DNA of 63,855 nucleotides, counting the filler, from Sanchytrium tribonematis (Eukaryota): the NCBI GenBank assembly GCA_018985235.1. It is 16 parts of 16 records of this genome, joined end to end, with 100 filler letters (N's around TTAATTAATTAA, not from the genome) between each part and the next. Parts side by side here need not be neighbours in the genome. Positions count along the whole stretch, not along the records: positions 32,330 to 35,117 come from JADGIG010000983.1; positions 35,218 to 38,002 come from JADGIG010000984.1; positions 38,103 to 40,883 come from JADGIG010000985.1; positions 40,984 to 43,764 come from JADGIG010000986.1; positions 43,865 to 46,640 come from JADGIG010000987.1; 11 more parts are not named here. The stretch is one strand, 5' to 3'. A model generated the notes under the pieces. The model was not told where the DNA came from. It was given only the letters and a program-made list of their open reading frames with translations, and made no database searches. Shown here piece after piece: positions 33,618 to 44,576 of the stretch. Made by a program: the position numbers and the translations under genes. Within the stretch, counting starts at the first letter, position 1, and every line of letters begins with the position of its first letter.

Positions 33618-34894
33618 TCATTGTGTGATTCTCTCGTTGCCATAAATTGTAAATGTGGTAAAATCTTTTCCGTGGGTTTCTGTAACAAAAAAATTGAGGA
33701 ATTTCAAGTTTGGGTCACTAAATGAAATATCGATCCAATTCTTCTTTAAAAAATCCCATTGCTTCAAAACTCCAAAATTTGTCAATCCAAATAAATTGTC
33801 GCCAACTAATTGAATTTGACTTAAAGGTAAATTGGTTTTTAATTTTATAAGCCCTTTACCAAGATCGCATTTCAAGCTATAATTGACTGAATCTTCATAA
33901 AGTTTGTAAATTGAAAGACAATATCTGCCATCACTTGTCATGGTAGAACTGCCTACATTTTGTTCACTCTTACGAGCCAGTTGGTTACCATTCTTCAGAT
34001 TGTAAATGTGCAGCTTGTCGTTGAGTGGTTGGAAAAGTGTTTTGCAATTCTGTTATTGGTAAATCACATAATGAAAGACCATCATTTATTATTTTGAAAT
34101 ATCTGGTACGCCGTATGGAATCAATGTGATTTCTCCATTTTGTGGTCGTTCAACAATATGAAATTGCTTAAATTTGTTTGGTAAAAATAATTCAAAAGAT
34201 CCAGTTTCACTTCTTTTGTAAATTTTACCATCAACTCGCAATCCAAAGATATTGTTGTTTGTTACTTGGACTTGAGTATACCTATACCCAGAAGTCAATG
34301 TTGTAATGGTAGAATCTGGTTGTAATTGGCATTGAATGCATCCATCCGTGGAAATCACACAAAATCGACCATTTGGTGCCACTGAAGAAGTGTTAATTGT
34401 TTTTTTTGTGGGACTTGATAGATGATTGTTGGCATCTCTTGTAACAAATTGTTTGTTTAGATCAATACCCGCAATGCCGTCTTCGCTTAAATCAATTTGT
34501 TGCAAATATAAATTGCGAACTGGATTCCATGTTAGTCTGTTAATTAATTGGACAAGTGTTTTGCAAAACCCAAGGGACTTGATCCTTGAGGTTTTTGATT
34601 GAAATATCCAAATGGAACTCTGCAAAAGAAATCGAGATATATATATTCATAAATGTAAAAAATTTATTGCTATTGCCATACTCCATAAACGTCAAATCTT
34701 TCCGAATAAACTTTTCTAAACTTCGAACCAATTTTCTCAACATCATGAATTCGGATATAGAACTGTGAATATGAGCGTACAGTATTAGATTTCAATGGCA
34801 CTTTTGCCCATCCATTGCTTAGCACATAAATTTGGCCATCGGTTCCTAAGCCATAGGCTGTACCTCCAAATGATTGAACGTGAGTAATATGCAT
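33618..34894 (-). pseudogene. three tandem 5'-truncated fragments of the same tectonin-like family
   Basis: ORFs 33618-33941, 34089-34625 and 34670-34894 each carry Q(I/V)Q....(F/Y)GL..(D/F)G and end in F(Y/H/F)(I/V)...YG. Confidence 0.55.
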
Positions 34895-35530
34895 CGAATC
34901 AGGTTTCTTGTTAGGCTTCTTCTGTGTATAAATGACACAGATCGTTTTGCAGAATCATTCTGTGTCATTTATCGTGTTTTACACGTTGATGTACGTTAAA
35001 TGTCATTCTATTTATTAATTTTCTGCGCCATAAATCATAGCATATCCCTGAACATCTCTCACATAAAATTGACGGAATAAATTTGGAATATTCATATTTA
35101 TCCAAGTATTTTTGTTTNNNNNNNNNNNNNNNNNNNNNNNNNNNNNNNNNNNNNNNNNNNNTTAATTAATTAANNNNNNNNNNNNNNNNNNNNNNNNNNN
35201 NNNNNNNNNNNNNNNNNTCACTTTGTTATCTCTATCTCGTAGCCAGTTCATCATTTGGATTTTGTATGATTGGCAATCAGAATTACCCCTTCCAAATATC
35301 TAAATGCGGTATTATAGGTGTTGATAATGTATTCAAGCTAACACTTTATAATGTACATTATAAGCAGAACAATTGGCTATTTTTGTAAAAGATTTTTAAT
35401 TTTGACTTAGATCTTCTTACACATCAAAAGACAGAGTATCAACCCATCTATTGAAAATTTATTACAATTGACCTTAATCTACAATCAAGTTTGTGCTCAA
35501 ATTATAAAGTGAAGCACATTCTATCATTTC

Positions 35531-37700
35531 TTATTTAGCTATTCTCAATCTAGTGGAATAGTTATCAACTATGCTTTGCATGGCTGGATAATGTGATATG
35601 ATGGATAGAATATTTTTAATCTTTTCTTGATCATTTTGAGTTTCATTTATCAATTCTTCAATTGTCGCTTTGTCTGATTCAGTCGCCAAATGTTTAATAT
35701 AGTCAATTAAACACAAGTCTAGTTTAATTTGATCCGTTTGCATTAGTAGTTGTCTCTGAATTAATTTAAATTACTTCTAAATAAGCACGTGTTGCTGCTT
35801 TTCTCATATTTGATTTAGCATTTAAAATAGTAAAGATAGAATTGTCTTCTTTTATGTCATAGCAGTCATTCAAAATCTCAAACGAGGAAGCGCTAACTCT
35901 AATCCATTTTTTTATGTCTAGATCGTATCGGAATGATGCTTTATAAGTATGAACGATAAGAGCGAAAGAATTTGTTAATTCTATTCTCTGAATTTTTTCA
36001 GAGTTATTCAACAATGGAATAATATTGCACCGCAATTTTAAAACAACTTTATCGCTGATACTGTATATCTCAATTACACCTTTTTGATTTAGTATTCCAA
36101 AATGATCTTGTTTTTGGCAAAAACAAAACAAAGCGCCGTCCAAAATTATAGGTAAATAAAGTTGTCTCAGATTTTTCGAAAAAATTAATAATTCGTTTGC
36201 CTCATTTATAGCTATTAGTTTGCTCTCAATATGAGTTAAATAGATAATTGGGGCGGATTCTATAATTCGTCCAACTATGCCGTTTGTTCTCAACTCACAA
36301 TAATTTTTTTCCGGTGAATTATTAAATATTTCAAATAGGACATTTTCTAAACGAACCGATGTTTGCACCGAAATTGAACCGAGAAGTAAACGATCATCGG
36401 ACTTCAGTCGTATATCATAAATAGGCACATCTACTTTTGACAAGAGACTTGTATTTTTAGGAACAGAAGATGCAACAACTGGTTGTATTCGCTTCTTTCC
36501 ATCCTTTCCGATTGTTACTTTCTGGGTTTGTATTACCTCCACATTCGAAGCAGCATCTTGAGGTATTACTGGTGGTGTCAGTGCAGTTTTGGGAACCATT
36601 GGCAAAGGTTGATTGCGAAGTTTAAGCTCTTCTAGTGAGATCGGAGCAGACGAAACTTTAGATATACCTTTCTTCAACAAATGTACTTCTTTTTCATGTT
36701 CAGACAAAGGCCGTCCTAATTCATTTTCACTAAATTTGATCAGGAGAACGGTTCCATCATTACTGCATATCGCCACAGTCAAACCATCAGTATGCCAGCT
36801 AATATCCAAGATTGTGTCATCAAATAAAGTTTCGCGAATAACAAGTAATGGCTGATAAGAACATGACATCCAAAACGAAATAACACTATCATGAGAGACG
36901 GTTGCTATTATACTACAAATGGAGTCACCTAGACTCTCTCGATTATATAGTTTTGGCGAAAATGCAGCACAAATGACATTTTCATTGTGTCCAACCAATG
37001 CAGTTTCTTCCATATCTCTGTCAATTAATAAACAGATTGGAGACTTAGAGCTAAGACAATTTGGTGCAGCTAGTAGTTGACCATCAGGGGAGTATGATAA
37101 TTTAAATTTAAGTGACTCGAAATTCCGATCGATCTGTTTCTTAAAAGATTGGACTAACTGCGGAGATTTCACTTGCGTTATATCATATATTTCTAATTCC
37201 TTTGTGGTCAACAAGGTTAAAAATTGCTTTAATGGATCAAAACTTAGACATTTAATTGGATATTCAACATGAATGACAGAAATTTGTATTGGAGACTTTT
37301 CTAGTTTATAAATAATACAATCTCCAGTGATACTGCAAGTTGCAATCATAGATTTGTCACTGCTTACTGCTATATCTAGTATTTCAAAACCAGTTGATAT
37401 AGAACCAGAAACTTGAAAATTAAACCATTGTGCCAAAGTCCCGTCCGAACTACAAGAAATCATTGAATCCTTATCTATAAATCTAACGCAGTTTACACCT
37501 GACTGATGATAGTTCAGAACTTTGGGCGATTGAATCTGATTTGATACAAGATTTTCTAAATCCCAAATTTTAATGAAAGTATCTTCAGAGGCGGTGGCAA
37601 CAAAGTTCTCTAAAAGATCGATAGATGATATAGGCATTCTATTGCCCTGCTGAAATATGGTATCCATAACATGAGATATGTCAGGTTTCAACAATCGCAT
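35531..37700 (-). CDS. HIRA: histone chaperone HIRA/Hir1; 2 exons
   Basis: WD40 repeats, B-domain KDGKKRIQP, and spliced C-terminus AYLERQL...YIKHLATE...IEEL. Confidence 0.9.
35756..35774 (-). other. 19-nt spliceosomal intron (HIRA)
   Basis: gtaatttaaattaattcag; phase-0 removal joins to the frame of ORF 35531-35743. Confidence 0.88.
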
Positions 37701-37734
37701 CAATAAATTATGTCACAAAGGGTGATTAATCAAT

Positions 37735-38002
37735 TTACTTTATTGTTGGCATTACAGTATCAGACTTGGTTGAAGATACGTCTTCACTTCTCCACAAGGA
37801 AGTAATTGTTTTTGTGGTAGTAAAAAAATCAATGCCTTTCTGGCCTAATTTAAATAAAACGACCATAAAAGTTCGTGTCTCCTAGAAATGATCCACGGCT
37901 GCCTGTAAATGAAAACATTGGCACAGGAACAGGTATAGGCACATTAATTCCAATTTGTCCCACGTCCGTCTTATCCTGAAAGCGTCGGGCATTTGCACCA
38001 TT
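37735..38002 (-). CDS. ALDH6A1: methylmalonate-semialdehyde dehydrogenase C-terminus (5' partial, one intron)
   Basis: [50 protein letters not shown]...VMPT. Not in the ORF track. Confidence 0.92.
37845..37863 (-). other. 19-nt spliceosomal intron (ALDH6)
   Basis: gtcgttttatttaaattag; splits the Gly codon of the conserved FYG motif. Confidence 0.92.
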
Positions 38003-38102
38003 NNNNNNNNNNNNNNNNNNNNNNNNNNNNNNNNNNNNNNNNNNNNTTAATTAATTAANNNNNNNNNNNNNNNNNNNNNNNNNNNNNNNNNNNNNNNNNN
38101 NN

Positions 38103-40040
38103 AGCTGTAGTTGTAATCATAATGCTTGTAATTGGATGCAGTAATTTATCAAGTGATAGGATCCTACAGGTACTATTGCCCATGTAATTGCCATTCAAAT
38201 CGCAATTATTTAATGTTTTACCAAACACTCCGAGTGCCATTGGATTATTGGCCAAACTACAATTTGTTAACCCTGTCACATTGCTGATGAATACATCATT
38301 CACTCTATTATTCTGTAAATATAGCTGATAGGGTGTTACGAATGACATATTGCCACTCAAATAATTATCATTGAGAAAGAAATTAGAGCCTGTAAATTGA
38401 AAATCAATGCACCCACTCAAATAATTATGAGATAGATCTAATGTAGTGACATTTTGAAGGGAACGCGGAATAGTGCCAGAGATTAAATTATTAGAAATAT
38501 TGAAATAAATGGGATTTGAACCCATTTGCCAATTTGGGATATTTCCAGTCAAATTATTGCTAGAAATATCGATGGTAGTCAATGAATTAGGTAAGACAAA
38601 TGTAATATTGCCGTATATTTGATTATGATCCAATTTGAGAGTATTTATGGCTTGAGGCAGTGATTTTGGATTATTGAAGAATTTGTTGAAACTCAATCTA
38701 AAATCATTGATGGCCACATATCCCAAATCGATTTCCCCATATAACTGATTTTCTGATAAATCTACCAGACTATATGATGGTGCAGTAAATATGGGCAATT
38801 CCCCAATAAATTGATTTCTCGATAAATTTATATTTGTAATACTGCTGCAACTAGAAATACCTGATAGACTTCCCGATAATTTATTATGTCCAATAATCAA
38901 ATGAGTCAGACCAGATGGCCATGTATATGGTAATGGGCCACTTAAATCATTATTTTCTAAATTTAAAAAGGTCAATGAATTTGTCAAAAATGGAAAACTT
39001 CCATTTAATTTGTTAGTGCTCAAGTCTAACGTGCTCATTGGACCTGGTAGATTCGGAATAGATCCATAAATTGAATTATTAGAGGCATTTAAATACGTTA
39101 AAGTGGATGGAAATGTTTTTTGAAATTTATCAAGAATTAAATTATTTGAAATGTCCAATTCAACCAAATTTGGTGGCAGCAAAGGCATTTTTGTAATTAA
39201 ATTTCTGCTCAAATGCAAAATAGTGACAGTAGACGAGAATGAGTTGGGTAAATTTGTCAATAAATTATCACCCAGTTCTAAATGGACAAGTTGAGAAGGA
39301 AGACTCGGAACAGTACCAGTCAATAAGTTGCCATTTAAAAGCAAATCTTGAATACCATTTGGTAAATTAGCTGGAATTGATCCAGGAATCAAATTAGCAA
39401 TTGCCCATATTCTTACAAATCCCGATGGAAATGTCATTGGCATTGGATCTACAATATTATTGTAAAAAATGACAATATCTTGTAGATTCGGTGGCATAAT
39501 CGGCCAAGTCTTGAATTTATTGAAACCAAGCCATAAATGAGTGAGCGTACTCGGAAATGAACTTGGAAAATCTGTCAATTGATTGTCATATAGATTTAAA
39601 TATAGTAATTGAGATGGCAGTGTATTTGGGATAGATCCATATAATTTGGAAGATGTTAAAAACAAATATTCTATTCCATTTGGTAAATCACCTGGTATGG
39701 TTGTGTTGAGTGGCACATTCAATATCTTTACTACAGAGACTGTTAAGGGAATAAATTGACTTTTTATCGTTCCATTGGCTTTCACATCTCTGATTTCTAT
39801 TTGAGTGACATGTTGATTGGATCCTGTACCAGTACATGTCATTACTAGAAATCCAAGAGCACTATTGATATTTGTAGTGCAGCAATCTGCTGGAATACTT
39901 TGATAAAGTGAGGAGTCTGTTAAATGGAGATTTAAACCTTGGAGAAAGTTCATGATATTAAGGCAATCTGTAGATACTCCATGGATGCGTGTGAATATGA
40001 TCAATAAGATGACTAGAATTGATGGAAGGCTAGAAAACAT
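38103..40040 (-). CDS. LRR receptor-like protein with one cap and a long LRR array (3' partial)
   Basis: Signal peptide, DC...DCC cap, about 20 LP..L..L.L..N.L.G repeats, C.L.NNP cap. Confidence 0.9.
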
Positions 40041-40191
40041 TTTAGAACTTGAAACTTGGCCTAGTAGAATATTTTAAAAACTACGTAAAAGAGTCAAAGT
40101 CTCATTTACAGACTAGAGATTGAAATGATTCAAAACACGTGTACCATGGAATAGAGAGATCAAAAATGGTCTTATCCGTGTTTTATCCAGG

Positions 40192-40883
40192 ATGCTGCTA
40201 CTTTTGATTATATTTTCAGAAATAGCTGTTATTCAACCAGATAGACTAAAAATGTTCAATAGCTTTGAAATTCAAGCAGATGAAGATCAGCGTGATACTG
40301 CTCTATTAAATGGCGATGTAGAATGCAAATCAGCGGAACAATTGCAACATTTGAAATCCATTTACATGTCAATATTCAAAAATGATGGATTTCACGTTAG
40401 TCATATTATAAATTTAGAAAAAGCATGGCCAGTCAATGCAATGTTTTATGCAGCAGAATATATCCAGGATTTAATTATAGATTTGAAAGAATTTACAAAC
40501 GAGAAAATTGCAAAAATCAAATCTTTTGCAAGTATCGTAGCAAGATCTCTGGTTCAAATGGGATCCAAATTTACACAAAATAGGATTTACAGCGAATTCG
40601 TCCTCAGATTATATTTTGAAGTTGTTGATAATGATATTAAACGCTTGCCCCGTTTTTTCATGGATGTTGTTAAATTCATATTTGTGCTCAGACCGCACAA
40701 CAAAGAGGAGCAACAAAAAAGAATTGAATCACTTTCTACTTCTTATGGATTCAAATTCACTTTGGATATAACAAAAGGTTGTGATTTACCAGTGATATTA
40801 CCACAAAAATTCAATGACCCTTTTGTCCATTACTTTAGAACCAATAGTGAAGTGATTCAATGGTCTCCTGAAGAAATGAAATT
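40192..40883 (+). CDS. hypothetical protein (3' partial)
   Basis: Open ORF up to the contig end; family not recognised. Confidence 0.5.
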
Positions 40884-40983
40884 NNNNNNNNNNNNNNNNN
40901 NNNNNNNNNNNNNNNNNNNNNNNNNNNTTAATTAATTAANNNNNNNNNNNNNNNNNNNNNNNNNNNNNNNNNNNNNNNNNNNN

Positions 40984-41101
40984 CGGAATATCGTACAAAA
41001 GAAATTTTACGGATATGGGCTTGAAAGGCAACTTGAGAAATCAGTTTATGAGAGAATTAAAGCAGCATATGGAAGACTTAAAGATCGAAATCATTGAATA
41101 A
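40984..41101 (+). CDS. C-terminus of an MscS-like mechanosensitive channel (5' partial)
   Basis: GISYKRNFTDMGLKGNLRNQFMRELKQHMEDLKI resembles eukaryotic MscS-like C-termini. Confidence 0.5.
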
Positions 41102-41155
41102 AAGCATTTCAATTTATGTTGAGATTATTTTGTTTTCGAAAGTTGAAACACTAAA

Positions 41156-41533
41156 ATGCAATTCAGAATCTTGCAATGTCAAAGTTGCAGCATTTACCAA
41201 GTAGATATTGTCAAGAAAGCTAAAAAATGGAAATGCAAAGTATGCGGCATCAGTCAGTCTGTTTCTAGAGTATTCTACTTGGACAACGATGCTAAGACAT
41301 GTAGGAAAAAAGTACAACAAATGAATATGAGTCACACTAATGGTAGTCCAAAAGTCTCCAAACAGAGTTCAAGTCTCCAAGATAGTGCATTGTCGTTCTC
41401 ATTCAGCAAAATGAAGCCAGAATGTACTGATAATTCAGTAGCTGACCATTTTGAAGAAACCGAACCCTCTAATAGAGCTAAAGAGCTGATACAATATACC
41501 AAAGACGAAGATATTTTAAATTTACTAGATTAA
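41156..41533 (+). CDS. MRNIP: MRN-complex-interacting protein-like zinc-ribbon protein
   Basis: LQCQSCSIYQVDIVKK.KKWKCKVCG..QS....F....AK.CR.KVQ.MN. Confidence 0.8.
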   Translation: MQFRILQCQSCSIYQVDIVKKAKKWKCKVCGISQSVSRVFYLDNDAKTCRKKVQQMNMSHTNGSPKVSKQSSSLQDSALSFSFSKMKPECTDNSVADHFEETEPSNRAKELIQYTKDEDILNLLD

Positions 41534-41826
41534 ATTTCGTTATTGTCTTGTCTTCGCTTCCAATGAATAGCGGCTAATTTTTTTCTTCTTATTTGATCGT
41601 CCCATCGACACGCTTTGTAAATGTCTCTTTCTTCAGTGCATTGCCAAGGTGCAAAATAGTGTTCTTTTCTGCATTTATTCAATGGAACAAGCAAATGTGC
41701 GCAAAAATCACGAAAAACTGGATGTATGCGTTCGTCCATCATTTCTTTTTCTGTCATTTTCATATGAGGAATTAAGTCTTCTTCATATTCCAAATGATTC
41801 GGATTTGCCCATTCAGGTGTTGACAT
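41530..41826 (-). CDS. NDUFB7: NADH:ubiquinone oxidoreductase subunit B7 (B18)
   Basis: EM....I....RDFCAHLLVPLNKCR....PWQC..ER..Y..C twin-CX9C pattern. Confidence 0.95.
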   Translation of the reverse strand: MSTPEWANPNHLEYEEDLIPHMKMTEKEMMDERIHPVFRDFCAHLLVPLNKCRKEHYFAPWQCTEERDIYKACRWDDQIRRKKLAAIHWKRRQDNNEI

Positions 41827-41871
41827 ATTGATATTCTGTCACAAGGGTTACAGATTTGCAGAATTAATTTA

Positions 41872-42582
41872 TTAAACTTTTTGTTTTTTAGGTTTGGATT
41901 CCCCAATCTCACTGCTAGGTTCTCGTTTCCTTATTTCAACAGCGCCTCCATGTACATTCTTGGTTTGAAATTTTAGAAGATGACTTTTCAAATTATTTGT
42001 CGCACTAAAATACTCATCTTTCTTGTATCCTGTGATAATAAAAATTGCTTGAGTATCAATCGATTTTTTTAATTCTGATGTACCGCAGCTCATTAGAAGT
42101 CTTTTGTTACAGCGAGTCCTTGATATATATCCAAGGTTGATGAAAAATTGCTGTTGTGCATCATCATTTTTCAAAGTAGGGCCATATAAAAACTCGATGC
42201 GAATATGCTTTTGATAAGCAACTTTCAGGAATGAATCCCGTATTTCTGTTTTACGATTTGGAATTGTAATTATATCAATTGGAAGCTGTTCACACGCCGT
42301 ATAAAATGTTTGGGCGCTTAGCGGTTCCACACTCAATATATCGTATCCCTTCATTTTACTAAGACTAAAATTACTTTGAGATGTGATTACATGTAACCTG
42401 AATAATTGATTTATATCGCAATCTATTTTTTCCATTCTGTGCGTAAACGCACTCTCTAATTTCTCATGTTCTAGATTTAAAACTCTGACCCATGCTATGG
42501 TGTGATAACCTAGCTCTTTACATAGTTGAATCACTTTAATATTTTGCAGTGGAGTGCCATAAGGGATGAAAAAATCATACAT
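41872..42582 (-). CDS. RPP30: RNase P/MRP subunit p30
   Basis: ELGYHTIA, RLHV, YDILSVEP....F..AC..L.IDII, IEFLY. Confidence 0.85.
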   Translation of the reverse strand: MYDFFIPYGTPLQNIKVIQLCKELGYHTIAWVRVLNLEHEKLESAFTHRMEKIDCDINQLFRLHVITSQSNFSLSKMKGYDILSVEPLSAQTFYTACEQLPIDIITIPNRKTEIRDSFLKVAYQKHIRIEFLYGPTLKNDDAQQQFFINLGYISRTRCNKRLLMSCGTSELKKSIDTQAIFIITGYKKDEYFSATNNLKSHLLKFQTKNVHGGAVEIRKREPSSEIGESKPKKQKV

Positions 42583-42736
42583 AAATTTGCACAATTGTTT
42601 TAAAAGGAGGTTGTTTTCCGAATTAAGTGCGATTTAATCAAAATAATAGCGGCTCTTAACTTATTGGATGTCCATCTAGCGTCGCAATAATGATTGGAGT
42701 AGTTCACTATAAATTTGCAAACGATCCTAGAATGCC

Positions 42737-43459
42737 ATGACCCGGCCATTCTCACTTAAAAACGTAGCGACAAACACTCTTAATTGCGATATGCCTTCTG
42801 ATTGTATTGACAGTTACACAAATACGGATACTGATGCCAATATGGCAGCAAATGATCTAGATTCTAAAATGAGGCGTTATGCAAGTTCATTGATTGCACC
42901 CATGAATTGTGAAAGTAGAACAGCTCAAACTATTGAGAGAGAAAGAATCAGTGAATTTGTGGTAGTCGATTTATTGGATCAAGTCATTTACACAATTCAA
43001 CACTTGGCAGCGATGTGTCCAAATTTGGAAACAGAAATCAAATGCTTGGAAAATCTTTTGACAAAAGACTCGATTTGCTCATTCTTTGAAACTGAAATGA
43101 AAGATAGAGATATTCAGCAAAAACAATACGAGGTAGAAATTGAATATTATAAGGCTAAAGTCCAATCTGAATCTTTTCAAATCAAGAAAGACGAGCTAGA
43201 CATGAATGTCAAAGAGTATGAATTAGCCATTGAGCGAACTCGGCTAGAGGAAAGACGTTTGAAAACAATTGAAATGGAACAGAAACGTCAAGTTATCAAA
43301 AAGGCAAGTGAAATATTTGAAAGTTCTGAAATGATTGAGTTGTGTTGTACACAATACGAATCTCTGTTTCAGTGGATTGACGTTCCAGCCACATTTGAAA
43401 GTATGGCCAGAGATATAATGTTGGAGACTGATATCTATGAAATGATCGATGAAGAATAA
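42737..43459 (+). CDS. hypothetical coiled-coil protein
   Basis: 240-aa ORF with an E/K-rich heptad region. Confidence 0.55.
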   Translation: MTRPFSLKNVATNTLNCDMPSDCIDSYTNTDTDANMAANDLDSKMRRYASSLIAPMNCESRTAQTIERERISEFVVVDLLDQVIYTIQHLAAMCPNLETEIKCLENLLTKDSICSFFETEMKDRDIQQKQYEVEIEYYKAKVQSESFQIKKDELDMNVKEYELAIERTRLEERRLKTIEMEQKRQVIKKASEIFESSEMIELCCTQYESLFQWIDVPATFESMARDIMLETDIYEMIDEE

Positions 43460-43509
43460 AATAATTTAATTTTTTATTTTTTTCTACAAAATTCAGTATT
43501 TACCAAACA

Positions 43510-43764
43510 ATGGAGACACTTTCAGAAATCCACAAACTTATTGTCGAGGGTCGCATCCGAGAAGCCGGATACCATTTAAATCAATTAGATGATTCAGCGC
43601 AAGACGGATATTCTAACTTGATGAAAATTTGGAAAGCCTTAATGACGCATGATTATGAAAAATTACATATTTATTTAAAAAACGAGGATACTGAATTTCA
43701 AAATGGCCTAATTCTATTCATTAGCAACATGTTGTGCGATTTGTGTATATCTTTAACTACTGAG
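43510..43764 (+). CDS. hypothetical protein, possibly CSN8/PCI-like (3' partial)
   Basis: Short helical ORF cut by the contig end; IWKALMTHDY weakly resembles CSN8. Confidence 0.3.
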
Positions 43765-43864
43765 NNNNNNNNNNNNNNNNNNNNNNNNNNNNNNNNNNNN
43801 NNNNNNNNTTAATTAATTAANNNNNNNNNNNNNNNNNNNNNNNNNNNNNNNNNNNNNNNNNNNN

Positions 43865-44523
43865 GATTTGCCATTCCATGTTCAATTAAGGCTATAGCAA
43901 TTAAAACAGGTGCCCTGCCTAGTCCTGCAACACTAAATAAATTGGAATTACCAATGCACAGCAATACATGGACGGTCTGACTGCATTAATTGCGAACCAG
44001 ACAAAGAACTCCTATGATCGGTGGATTTTGGAGAGCTGGATTCATTTATGGATGGAGAACTGGACATTGCGTGCTTTCGACCTGGAAAAATATCGCCAAA
44101 CCTATCTTGTACCAAGCCCAGAAACTTTAGTATAACATGTTGGGGTGGCGTCCCCCCATCTAAATAGGGACAGTCTAATACTTGAATACCGTCATCTACC
44201 AACTTTTTTGTGTTGTAAGTAGGTTCACATACTCGAACAACGTCTGAAACATTATATTTTTTAAACTCAGCCGCAATCAGTGGAAGGGTACTATCTGTTG
44301 GACAATCTAGTATCAAGAATCTTAACCCATTATATTCAATTAAACTAAAAATGCGACGCAAATCCACTTTCCCATCGAATTTAACGGGCGGAACAGAGGA
44401 CGTATTGATTGGCGCTGAATGCACAGACGGTGATGGGGAGTGTTCTCTCATTTTGGAAATAGATTTAGCTGACAGCGTCTCTTGGGACTTAGCTTTCTTT
44501 TCCTCGGTGCTTATGGGATTCAT
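43865..44523 (-). CDS. PTP4A: PRL/PTP4A-type protein tyrosine phosphatase (3' partial, one intron)
   Basis: RFLILDCPT, VVRVCEPTY, DGGTPP; spliced CIAVHCVAGLGRAPVLIAIALIE. Confidence 0.93.
43933..43951 (-). other. 19-nt spliceosomal intron (PRL), splits the catalytic Cys codon
   Basis: TG|gtaattccaatttatttag|T gives TGT in HCVAGLGR. Confidence 0.95.
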
Positions 44524-44576
44524 ATTTGCATAAATGTAAGAGGGGGAAGTTGAAAATATTTTATTCAAAATTCAAA

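Noticed and set aside
35338..35356. 19-nt GT-AG candidate on the minus strand (gtacattataaagtgttag)
   Set aside because: No recognisable protein to validate the frame and no A at -6.
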